From Candidatus Kryptoniota bacterium (GTDB taxonomy: Bacteria; Bacteroidota; Ignavibacteria; Kryptoniales; JAKASW01): a stretch of 64,000 bases of DNA. Below the pieces are notes generated by a model. That model ran no database searches. It saw only the letters and a list, made by a program, of their open reading frames with translations, and had not been told where the DNA came from. The stretch covers positions 1,372 through 65,371 of the forward strand of contig JBJKPN010000120.1 of the NCBI GenBank assembly GCA_046706365.1, written 5' to 3'. Position numbers and translations under genes: made by a program. This document shows, piece by piece, positions 54,068 to 62,768 of the stretch (position 1 is its first letter; each line of letters begins with the position of its first letter).

Positions 54068-55456
54068 TCACTGCGTGTACTGAGCTTTGCCCGCTTTCTT
54101 TGCCGCAAGATAAACACTCATTATATAATTCGCGACATTCTTCACTTCCTGCGGCTTGAGGGGTTGCTTCGGCATGGGCGGATATCCCGGCACGGCCTGG
54201 TACGGATTGCCGATAAAATCTTCGAGCGAATCCATCTTTCCGACAAAGTGCGGCAGCGTCATGAAGTAAGGCGGACCGACCTTCTTCGCATTGAACATAT
54301 GACATGCACTGCAAATGTTGTCGTAGACCTCCTTTCCCGACATGGCAGGAGGCGGCTTTGGTGGAGAAAGAGATGCAAGCATCGTCTCATACCTGGTCGC
54401 AAGTACCTGGTCCTGGTTTTGTGTCGCATAATGAAACGCTATGCCGTCTTTCACCGACCAGATGCAAATCAGTGCAATCGCCCCGACGAAGGCGTAGTTT
54501 CCCAGATTGACATCCGATTCTTTGAGCATCGAGTAAAACAGGAGCATCACGATAAGTGCTATGCACATGCCCACGCAAGCGATGATAAACGTCATATTGG
54601 AGACCCCGGCTTCGGGCAGATTCTGGATCTCGAAGAAGATCAGCAAAGGCTCAATAGCGGCCGCAACAATACCGATCGGCAAAGTGTATTTTCTGACGAA
54701 CGCGCGGTATGACGGTTCGGCCATTATCGAGATGCGGTCTTCCCACTTGAAGAAGAAGAACAGTACCGCGGCACTGGTGATTGTCGCCCCGGTGACGGCA
54801 TATGTGATCAGACTCCAGAATGTCTCCCCGGAAAAGAGGACGTTGAGAAAATTCGAATGGGACCACTGATTCGGAGTGAATGCCAGCCGCGTCGTGCCGA
54901 CGTATATCCATGTTGCGATCCATAGAAGGATTGCGCTCCGGCGCCCGGCCCGCTGCCTCGTCACATCCGCGGATTTCTCGAACGACTCTACGTCGGTAGT
55001 AACCTCAGGCGTGAGATTACCGCCATGTGTCGACGCAAGATTCTGAAACGTCGAATATATCGCTTCCAGATGAAACGATTTCTTGTAGCCATAAAGGAAA
55101 TAGAATCCTACGAAGAAGAACAAAGCCGAAATGCTCAGATAGCTTGTAACCCCGACGCTCACTCCGTACAGAAGCTGGGCGTAAATAAGAACCATCGTAA
55201 TAATCGGGATAACGCCTACGGCCAGGATCATTCCTCTGCTCGGTGCGGCCAGATCCGCAAGGTCGCGCGAGAATCTCGAAAAGAGGTTGTCTCCCTTCTT
55301 CCTCCCGATTCGGTTGGCTATCGCCGAAGCGGTCGAGGCTATTAGTGCGACACTGGCATAAGTCACGAAGATCAAAGTGACAATGACCAAAAGATACCGG
55401 AGCAATTCTAATCGTTCGGCCGACTCAGGGAATACGAGTCTGTTCAGAAAATTCAT
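54068..55456 (-). CDS. Uncharacterised polytopic membrane protein with C-terminal monohaem cytochrome c domain
   Basis: 462 aa with about 9-10 hydrophobic helices. The C-terminal ~100 aa carry CSACH (CxxCH) and a downstream PPMP candidate Met ligand. It is the last gene of the oxidase cluster. Confidence 0.7.
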   Translation of the reverse strand: MNFLNRLVFPESAERLELLRYLLVIVTLIFVTYASVALIASTASAIANRIGRKKGDNLFSRFSRDLADLAAPSRGMILAVGVIPIITMVLIYAQLLYGVSVGVTSYLSISALFFFVGFYFLYGYKKSFHLEAIYSTFQNLASTHGGNLTPEVTTDVESFEKSADVTRQRAGRRSAILLWIATWIYVGTTRLAFTPNQWSHSNFLNVLFSGETFWSLITYAVTGATITSAAVLFFFFKWEDRISIMAEPSYRAFVRKYTLPIGIVAAAIEPLLIFFEIQNLPEAGVSNMTFIIACVGMCIALIVMLLFYSMLKESDVNLGNYAFVGAIALICIWSVKDGIAFHYATQNQDQVLATRYETMLASLSPPKPPPAMSGKEVYDNICSACHMFNAKKVGPPYFMTLPHFVGKMDSLEDFIGNPYQAVPGYPPMPKQPLKPQEVKNVANYIMSVYLAAKKAGKAQYTQ

Positions 55457-55469
55457 TTACAACCCTCTT

Positions 55470-56429
55470 TCAGATTATCTTGTCAATCATAATGATCGCG
55501 GTTACTGCCAAGGCATAGATGTTTATTTTCATAAACGCAGATTTCAACGTCCGGCGCTCATGGATACGGTATATTACGGGATAGGTCGATAGCGCAAGCC
55601 ATATCCCCAGTATCATGACGGCAACTACAGTCAGAACATTGTTGACAACACCGGAGGTCACAAACAGAAGAGACGATAAGGCAAGTCCGGCCGTCCAGAT
55701 GAATATCCACGCACCGACTACTCGCTCTCCGAATTTCATCCGAAGCGTGGGAAAACCAGCCCTTTCATAATCGGTGCTGTACATTTCCATCAGAAGCCAG
55801 AAGTGCGGTATTTGCCAGATGAAAAAGAAAATGGCAACGGCAGCCAGACGTGGATTGAGAATATCAGCCCCCGCCGCTGCCCAACCTGCCATCACAGGAA
55901 AGGCTCCGACAAACGATCCGGGAATGACCGCAAACGGCGTCACTTTCTTCAGCGGTGTATATACGACATTATAAGAGATGAATGCAAGCCAGGATAGTAT
56001 AAGGGCCGTGAGATTTCCGGTGAAGAATATCAGAGCAGATCCTGCGAATGCAAGGCCGCCAACCAGCAGAAGGACCGAAGCAGGACTCATCACACCGGTG
56101 GGCAACGGCCGCTTCATGGTGCGATGCATCAGGGAGTCGGTTTCCTTCTCCTGATAATGGTTCATCGCCGCGGAGGCACAGGACAACAGAAATATTCCCA
56201 GCACCGGCGGAAGCATTTCCCAGGACAGGTTGCCGGCTGCCAGGATATACCCGAACAGGGCCGACATCCCGACAAAGAAAGTTATCCTGATCTTTACCAG
56301 CTCCAGGACAACATTGACAAGGACCCCGGCCGTAAGCCGGCGTTCGCCGCCTTCAAGCGCTGCGGTTGAGGAATGAGAAACTGCCACTTTCTCCTGCTGT
56401 ACGATCTTTTCTTTCAAATCAATTTTCAT
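55470..56429 (-). CDS. ctaB: Protohaem IX farnesyltransferase (haem O synthase)
   Basis: UbiA-family polytopic protein with AAMNHYQEKETDSLMHRTMKRPLP (Asp-rich prenyl-diphosphate motif region). Confidence 0.9.
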   Translation of the reverse strand: MKIDLKEKIVQQEKVAVSHSSTAALEGGERRLTAGVLVNVVLELVKIRITFFVGMSALFGYILAAGNLSWEMLPPVLGIFLLSCASAAMNHYQEKETDSLMHRTMKRPLPTGVMSPASVLLLVGGLAFAGSALIFFTGNLTALILSWLAFISYNVVYTPLKKVTPFAVIPGSFVGAFPVMAGWAAAGADILNPRLAAVAIFFFIWQIPHFWLLMEMYSTDYERAGFPTLRMKFGERVVGAWIFIWTAGLALSSLLFVTSGVVNNVLTVVAVMILGIWLALSTYPVIYRIHERRTLKSAFMKINIYALAVTAIIMIDKII

Positions 56430-56542
56430 CTGCTATATTCTCGAACCTGTATCTTCGCCGCCTGTTCCGCTCGGGATAGCCCGGCGTTCCACTATTCGAG
56501 GATTCCTTCCATCTCTAATTCCGAATTTCCGAATATCCCGGT

Positions 56543-57208
56543 TCACGGATTCGAACGCAAAGCGTCCGTTATTTCTTCACGTGACATTCCTTCGTTCAAC
56601 CATTTGTCGAACTTGTCCTTCGGCAGCACAATCAGTCGGGTCATCATCAATGCGTGATCCAGTCCGCAGTACTGGCTGCAGGTTATTTCATAGTTGCCGA
56701 CATGTTCCGGATAAAGCATTACGTATCTTACTCTTCCGGGGATGACATCCTGTTTCTCGCGAAACGCGGGTACGTAGAAACCGTGGATCACATCGACGGA
56801 GGTGAGGAGACATTTTATCGGGCTTCCCTTGGGGACGAAGAGCGTGTCCGCCTTCTTTCCGTTCAGGTACTCGAAACTCCACTCCCACTGCCTCGCGATC
56901 ACCTTTACATCCATCGCAGACTTGGGCACAACCCTGGTCTGGATATACGCCGACCAGCCGAGATAAAACATTACAAGGACAAGCGCCACCGGGATGACCG
57001 TCCACAGAGTCTCGAGGGGAATGCTTCCGTGGATATTGACGGCGCGCGGATGACGTTTCTTGTTATACTTGAAGACAAACAAAAACATCGTGCCCACCAC
57101 GATGACAAAGAGTATTATGTCCGATCCAATAATAAACCGGGCGACATCATCCACAGCAAGAGCGTGTCTTTGAACAGAAGGTAAAAGCAATGCAAAAAGA
57201 TTCATCAT
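56543..57208 (-). CDS. coxB: Cytochrome c oxidase subunit II (CuA subunit, no fused cytochrome c domain)
   Basis: Two N-terminal TM helices, cupredoxin domain, and CuA ligands VIHGFYVP ... CSQYCGLDHALM. Confidence 0.9.
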   Translation of the reverse strand: MMNLFALLLPSVQRHALAVDDVARFIIGSDIILFVIVVGTMFLFVFKYNKKRHPRAVNIHGSIPLETLWTVIPVALVLVMFYLGWSAYIQTRVVPKSAMDVKVIARQWEWSFEYLNGKKADTLFVPKGSPIKCLLTSVDVIHGFYVPAFREKQDVIPGRVRYVMLYPEHVGNYEITCSQYCGLDHALMMTRLIVLPKDKFDKWLNEGMSREEITDALRSNP

Positions 57209-57215
57209 AATATTC

Positions 57216-57542
57216 TCACCTTCTAAAGTATACGTCGGAGAAAGTCAGTGTGTATATCACGAAAATCGTGAAACCTGCAATCGCCAGGAATACCTTGAAG
57301 ATGCGGTCTTCAAATTTTACGTGCATGAAGTAATTCACCACCAGGGACGCTTTTGTCAATGCTATCAACAGCGCAACCACCAGTGTGAACGCCGCGAGAT
57401 CCACTCCCGCAACAACAGCCGTAGCCGCTGTCAGCGCCATCACCGCCGCCCAAATCAGGATATACAGGCTGTACGAAATCGGCTTCTCTTCGCCCTGCTG
57501 TTCCTGCATTACTGTCCTGTGTTCCATTTCAGATAAAGACAT
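57216..57542 (-). CDS. Cytochrome c oxidase subunit IV (bacterial small subunit family)
   Basis: 108 aa with three TM helices, lying between subunit III and II genes. The pattern LIWAAVMALTAATAVV...VNYFMHVKFE is typical of the prokaryotic subunit IV family. Confidence 0.7.
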   Translation of the reverse strand: MSLSEMEHRTVMQEQQGEEKPISYSLYILIWAAVMALTAATAVVAGVDLAAFTLVVALLIALTKASLVVNYFMHVKFEDRIFKVFLAIAGFTIFVIYTLTFSDVYFRR

Positions 57543-57552
57543 AATGGGTTCC

Positions 57553-58200
57553 TCAGTTAATCAAATAGAAAAGCGGGAATAAGAAAATCCAGATGATATC
57601 GACCAGATGCCAGTACAAGCCGGCGCTTTCGAGCTTTGTGTGATCATCCTGGGTAATCTTGTTTCTAAGTACGAGCACGAGCATCACCGTCAACACCGTC
57701 ATGCCGGCGATGACATGAAGCGCGTGCAATCCGGTCATCGTATAGTAAAGTCCGTAAAAAAGAACGACGCCGTTCGGCTTGTTGAGCAGAGTGGGCGAGC
57801 CAGGGTAAATTCCCGCCCTTATCTCAGTCGACCACTCGACGTATTTTACAACGAGAAATACAAGCCCAAGTCCGATCGTAGAGCTGAGAAATGTAGTGCA
57901 CAGCCATTTCTTCCCTCTCTGAATAGCGGCTACAGCCAATACCATCGTCAGACTGCTGGTAATCAGGATCATCGTGTTGACAGTGCCGTACAAAATGTGA
58001 GTGTCGTAGCCTGCAAGATGAAAATCTTTAGTGTAAAAGTATCGATAGACTGAGTATACAAGGAAGAGCCCTGTAAACAACAGTAGTTCGGTGAGCAGGA
58101 ACAACCACATGCCCATCCTTGCGCCCACAGCGTCTTTGTGAGCGTGTTCCGCTACGTGCTCGCTTGCGGCACCGGCATTTGTCTCGGCAATCTCACTCAA
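57553..58200 (-). CDS. ctaE: Cytochrome c oxidase subunit III
   Basis: 215 aa. TTG start with GGAG 8 nt upstream. GMWLFLLTELLLFTGLF, YWHLVDIIWIFLFPLFYL. Confidence 0.88.
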   Translation of the reverse strand: MSEIAETNAGAASEHVAEHAHKDAVGARMGMWLFLLTELLLFTGLFLVYSVYRYFYTKDFHLAGYDTHILYGTVNTMILITSSLTMVLAVAAIQRGKKWLCTTFLSSTIGLGLVFLVVKYVEWSTEIRAGIYPGSPTLLNKPNGVVLFYGLYYTMTGLHALHVIAGMTVLTVMLVLVLRNKITQDDHTKLESAGLYWHLVDIIWIFLFPLFYLIN

Positions 58201-58287
58201 TAGTTTTTCTCCGTTTCAATCGATAACATTGCATTAATCCGACACTCCATCGTTTCATCTTTCCAGAACTCAACCGCTCCGTGTCGT

Positions 58288-59967
58288 CTACTTTCCAATC
58301 GGAACCGGTTCTCCCTGTATTTCCGGCTCTGCATCCGGATGATAGTACGGCTCGTGTGTAATCACGGGAATCTTCTCAAAATTCTCCTGCGGCGGAGGAG
58401 ATGGGATTGTCCACTCCAGTGTCGTTCCGCCCCACGGATTCATACCGCATCTCTCACCTTTGAATATTCCGTGAAGGAGGTTCCAGAACATGATGATGAG
58501 CCCGGTGACCAGCACCCACGAACCTACCATCGAGATATGCTGAAGCGTCTCATACTTCGGCAGGTATGCGAAGTACCGTCTCGGCATTCCTTCATACCCG
58601 AGCAGAAGCATCGGGAAATAAAGCATATTGAAGCCGACAAAGAGGATTCCAAGCGCCCAGTTCGCGGCTTTCTTGCTGTACATCCTTCCGAACATCTTCG
58701 GCAGCCAGTAATGAAGCGCACCGAAGAATATGAAGATCGAACCGCCGAAAATTATGTAGTGAAAATGCCCCACGACGAAGTACGTCCCCGTCAGGTGAAC
58801 ATCGGTTGCGACGGAGCCGAGCACGAGGCCAGTCAATCCCCCGATCGAGAAGAGCATGATGAAGGCCATCAGGAACAGAAACGGAGGCTGCAAGTCTATG
58901 GAGCCCTTGTACATTGTAGCAACCCAGTTGAAGACTTTTATGCCGCTGGGTATGGCAACTAAAAATGTCAGGAGTGAAAAGACAAACTGAGCCGTTTGGG
59001 TCTCCCCGGCAACGAACATATGGTGTCCCCAGACCAAATAGCCGATGAAGGCAATCGCAAGACTTGACATTGCGATCATTTTGTATCCGAAGATGGTTCT
59101 GTGTGAGAACGTGGTGACTATCTCAGATACGACACCCATGGGTGGCAATACCATTATGTAAACCGCCGGATGGGAATAAATCCAGAACAAGTGCTGGTAA
59201 AGGACCGGGTCTCCGCCGAGCACAGGATTGAAGATACCGACGTGGAAAAGTCTCTCCACAATGATAAGAAGGAGCGTTATGGCAAGAACCGGAGTCGCTA
59301 TCACCTGGATCCATGCCGTCGCGTAGAGTGCCCAGACGAAGAGCGGCATTTTGAACCACGTCATCCCGGGGGCTCTCAGGCGGTGGATCGTGGTGAGGAA
59401 ATTGAGCCCGGTCAGAATGGACGAAAAGCCGAGAATGAAAACTCCGAAGACTGCCATAGTCACATCTGTGCCGGTACGAATGCTGTACGGAACGTAGAAC
59501 GTCCAGCCGGTATCGGGCAGTCCATGCCAGAACATCGACATCAGGATTATTATCGCACCGGTGACATACAGGTACCATGACAAAAGATTAATTCTTGGAA
59601 ACGCAACGTCTTTTGCCCCTATCTGAATGGGGAGGAAAAAGTTTCCGAGGGTGGCAGGGATTCCGGGTATAACGAAGAGAAACATCATTATCACGCCATG
59701 CAGCGTGAAAAGCGCGTTGTATTCCTGAGCATTGAAAATCTTTCCCGCGGGGCCAGGCACAAGCATCTCGAGCCTCATAAGGAATCCAAGACAGACACCG
59801 ACCGCAAAGAAACTGAAGATCGAAATCATGTAAAGTATCCCGATCCTCTTGTGGTCAGTGGAGAGTATCCAGGCTAAAATCCCTTTATGCTTGCCTGTAT
59901 TTTCCAGGTAACTGTGATATGTTTCCCCGCCGGGGCCGTTCCCCGGCTCCATCGCTAAGTCCGCCAT
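58288..59967 (-). CDS. ctaD: Cytochrome c oxidase subunit I, A2-type
   Basis: 559 aa. Haem and CuB ligands are present (WGHHMF, VGHFHY). Helix VI reads FWIYSHPAVYIMVLP. That is the YS motif with Ala in place of the D-channel Glu of GHPEVY, which marks the A2 subtype. Confidence 0.95.
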   Translation of the reverse strand: MADLAMEPGNGPGGETYHSYLENTGKHKGILAWILSTDHKRIGILYMISIFSFFAVGVCLGFLMRLEMLVPGPAGKIFNAQEYNALFTLHGVIMMFLFVIPGIPATLGNFFLPIQIGAKDVAFPRINLLSWYLYVTGAIIILMSMFWHGLPDTGWTFYVPYSIRTGTDVTMAVFGVFILGFSSILTGLNFLTTIHRLRAPGMTWFKMPLFVWALYATAWIQVIATPVLAITLLLIIVERLFHVGIFNPVLGGDPVLYQHLFWIYSHPAVYIMVLPPMGVVSEIVTTFSHRTIFGYKMIAMSSLAIAFIGYLVWGHHMFVAGETQTAQFVFSLLTFLVAIPSGIKVFNWVATMYKGSIDLQPPFLFLMAFIMLFSIGGLTGLVLGSVATDVHLTGTYFVVGHFHYIIFGGSIFIFFGALHYWLPKMFGRMYSKKAANWALGILFVGFNMLYFPMLLLGYEGMPRRYFAYLPKYETLQHISMVGSWVLVTGLIIMFWNLLHGIFKGERCGMNPWGGTTLEWTIPSPPPQENFEKIPVITHEPYYHPDAEPEIQGEPVPIGK

Positions 59968-60818
59968 TAGCTGGCCTCCTCATCCTTCTTTACAAATTTT
60001 TTCGTCGACCTCAGGAATACTACCAGTCCGCCGGCAAATACAACCGTTCCGATTCCAACCACTCCGAGTACGTTGAATACGAGATGATCACCCGACGGAG
60101 TGTGACTGAAGCATACGCACAGCAGGGCACTCACAATCTTTTCGGGAGTTCCCGCCTGAGCTTCCATTATTGCCATCTTCAAATCCACCGGAGCGAATGT
60201 CGTCCCTTCGATGTACCTGATTATCTTCCCCGACTTGTCGACAATGATCAAAGCCGTCGGATGGACGAACATTCCGTCCTTCTGTCTCCTGAAGTAAAAT
60301 CCCAAAGCGTCGGTAAGCGTGTAAATGTTCGTACTGTCCCCCGTCATGAATCTCCATGAAGAAGCAGGAATAGGGCGCGTCATCTGTCCCCAGAACTGTT
60401 CCTTCTTCGCAGCAGCTATCTGAGGCGTATCGTCCGTGTTGAAGCTTATCGATGCGACATTGAAATCCTTGCCGGGTGTTTCGGCGACCTGATCGAGAAC
60501 CTTGGCGACGCTTGCAAGTACTATGTCGCAGAGATCAGGACATTCGTAGTATCCCATGTCTATGACAAGCGGCTTGCCGTCTGCTATCTGTTTAAGGGTA
60601 ACTTCTTTCCCGTCAGAGTCCTTGAAGCTGAGATTCATAGGAATCGTGTCGCCCAGCTTCTCGTCAATTGCCGACCCGATGATTTTCTTTGCTGCTTCCT
60701 TTGCAGATGCCGAAGACCAGCCAAACAGCGTCAGGCAAAGGACGCTCAATGTAACACTCAATATTCCGACATGAACCAGCTTATGATATCCAGACGACAT
60801 ATTACTCACCTCTTTCAA
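59967..60818 (-). CDS. SCO-family copper chaperone / thioredoxin-fold protein (paralog 1)
   Basis: N-terminal TM segment; CxxxC motif in YYECPDLCD; conserved His in GMFVHPTA. An extra C-terminal CFSHTP motif is followed by a TM anchor. The stop overlaps the ctaD start (TAATG). Confidence 0.82.
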   Translation of the reverse strand: MKEVSNMSSGYHKLVHVGILSVTLSVLCLTLFGWSSASAKEAAKKIIGSAIDEKLGDTIPMNLSFKDSDGKEVTLKQIADGKPLVIDMGYYECPDLCDIVLASVAKVLDQVAETPGKDFNVASISFNTDDTPQIAAAKKEQFWGQMTRPIPASSWRFMTGDSTNIYTLTDALGFYFRRQKDGMFVHPTALIIVDKSGKIIRYIEGTTFAPVDLKMAIMEAQAGTPEKIVSALLCVCFSHTPSGDHLVFNVLGVVGIGTVVFAGGLVVFLRSTKKFVKKDEEAS

Positions 60819-61723
60819 TCATCAGTTTTCTGATCTCTCCCGAATTTCTTTTTGGACTTCACAAACAACAAAAAACCTGCAACGAGAACCATTGTACCGA
60901 CGCCGCCGTATTGCAGCGCGCTCTCAGCAAACCGGTTGCCGGGCGGAGTGTGGCTGAAACAGGTTTTTGGTTCGGTACTTATGATTTGCTCCGGAGTCCC
61001 GCCCTTTGCCTCGTTCAATGCCATATCCAGGTCGGCATAATGAAAGGAAGTTCCCAATATGTACCTTATGATTTTTCCGTTGCTGTCGACCACGATAAGC
61101 GCCGTCGGATGGGTGAACATTCCGTACTTGTCTCTTATGAAATAGAAACCGAGCGCATTTGTCAGCGTGTAAATGTCCGAGCTGTCACCGGTGAGAAATC
61201 GCCAGGCAGACGAAGGGACGCGACGTTCCAGCGTACCCCAGAACTGTTTCTTTTTCTTCATCGCATTGAACGGCCGGTCGGCGGGATTGAAACTTATGGT
61301 TGCGACGTTGAAGTTTCTTCCTGCTTTCTGAGGCAGCTCATCGACAATCTTCTTCACGCCGGCCATCACAACGTCGCAGATTCCGGGACATTCATAATAC
61401 GCCATGTCTATTATTAAAGGCTTCCCGTCGGCAACCTGCTTGAGAGTAACATCATGTCCTGCCGCATCTTTGAAAACCACGTTCATCGGAATATACTGTC
61501 CCAGTCTTTGCTGAATGCCGACTTCGATATGATGAGATGTCGCTGAAGTGGCAGCAAAAGTCGAAACAGGATAAACCGCGACAAAAGAGGCAATGAGGAC
61601 TACGGACAAACCAAAAAATATATTGGCGGCAGCCGTCCGCAATCTCGCGGATGCGGACTTTGAAGAAGAAGCTCGGGTTTCCATCGTGAAATAATTCGTC
61701 GGGTTTTCCTTCGATCTAGTCAT
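60815..61723 (-). CDS. SCO-family copper chaperone / thioredoxin-fold protein (paralog 2)
   Basis: Same architecture as paralog 1: YYECPGICD, GMFTHPTA, C-terminal CFSHTP plus a TM anchor. It overlaps both neighbours by 4 and 8 nt. Confidence 0.82.
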   Translation of the reverse strand: MTRSKENPTNYFTMETRASSSKSASARLRTAAANIFFGLSVVLIASFVAVYPVSTFAATSATSHHIEVGIQQRLGQYIPMNVVFKDAAGHDVTLKQVADGKPLIIDMAYYECPGICDVVMAGVKKIVDELPQKAGRNFNVATISFNPADRPFNAMKKKKQFWGTLERRVPSSAWRFLTGDSSDIYTLTNALGFYFIRDKYGMFTHPTALIVVDSNGKIIRYILGTSFHYADLDMALNEAKGGTPEQIISTEPKTCFSHTPPGNRFAESALQYGGVGTMVLVAGFLLFVKSKKKFGRDQKTDD

Positions 61724-62708
61724 TTGACGAGGCTAAGACTTTATTACTGAACACATTTTTCAGATAATTGTAAAGCGTTTGCCAGTCCTTATTACTGAGC
61801 TGAGCAACCTTCGGATCGAACCCATTCTGAACAGCGTTTGATGTCAGCACGGTGACAAAATCAGACATACTTTTGCTCCATGTACTCGACATAGTAAGAA
61901 CCGTCAGAGCACGACGCCTGTCGAGAACGATGCTTCGAAACAGCTTTGCCCCCGCACTGGCGGAATCCTGACTTATGTAGGACGCGGCAGTTTCCGCCTC
62001 CCTCGCCCTCTGAACACCGGACTCTTCAATAGTCTTCATTGCCTGAGCAACGGGAATGGGCGCCGCCGGGCCATTCGACGAAGCCGATGCAGGCGCGGCC
62101 AAGTGATAGGTTTTTATCATGGCTTCCAGCTGGGCGGGAGTGTCCTTCGGAAAATTGCCGAATGTCGCCCTGATATAATCGATGATATCGAGTCTGTCGC
62201 TCGAGGAGAGAGCCGCCGCGAAGGATACCATGGCACTCCCCGGTATACCTTCGGATACGGTCTTGAACATTTCAGACAGCAGTCTGCCGTTTACCCAGCC
62301 GGTGGTTGCGTGATAATCCCTCGGTTTCGGGTTTAACGATGCGGCGGCCGGACCATCTCCCTTGCCGTTCAGGCCGTGACACGGAGCGCAGTCCATTTTG
62401 AACAGTTTTTCTCCGTTCTCAATTTGAGCTTTCGAGGGATTCAGAAGTGAAGTAACGCCGACGTTAGGTCCGAGGCTGGTCGAGGGAGGCGCCGGCGGTG
62501 TACTGGCAATCGGCCGGAAGAAGGTAGAATCGATCGCGATGTCAGGTTTGATTGAATTCCTGTTCACCATGTTCTCTCTGTGGATATAGAGCATCCCGAG
62601 GGCGATCAACGCTCCTATGAAAAAGAGATAAAACACCGGTGCAAGCCATACGCTCCGTACGAAGAACGACTTTTCTTCTTGATTCGGATTTTGATTGCTA
62701 TCTTCCAT
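61716..62708 (-). CDS. Membrane-anchored monohaem cytochrome c with C-terminal domain of unknown function
   Basis: The start is set at ATG 62708 (GAAGGA upstream); the listed ORF extends to 62726. TM anchor WLAPVFYLFFIGALIALGMLYI. Class I cytochrome c domain CAPCHGLNGKGDGPAA ... GSAMVSF. About 150 further residues carry no motif I recognise. Confidence 0.8.
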   Translation of the reverse strand: MEDSNQNPNQEEKSFFVRSVWLAPVFYLFFIGALIALGMLYIHRENMVNRNSIKPDIAIDSTFFRPIASTPPAPPSTSLGPNVGVTSLLNPSKAQIENGEKLFKMDCAPCHGLNGKGDGPAAASLNPKPRDYHATTGWVNGRLLSEMFKTVSEGIPGSAMVSFAAALSSSDRLDIIDYIRATFGNFPKDTPAQLEAMIKTYHLAAPASASSNGPAAPIPVAQAMKTIEESGVQRAREAETAASYISQDSASAGAKLFRSIVLDRRRALTVLTMSSTWSKSMSDFVTVLTSNAVQNGFDPKVAQLSNKDWQTLYNYLKNVFSNKVLASSND

Positions 62709-62768
62709 TATCGTCCTTCCCCACATTCTCGAGGCAATAGTCGGAAAAAGTCGCGGTATGCAGTCCGA

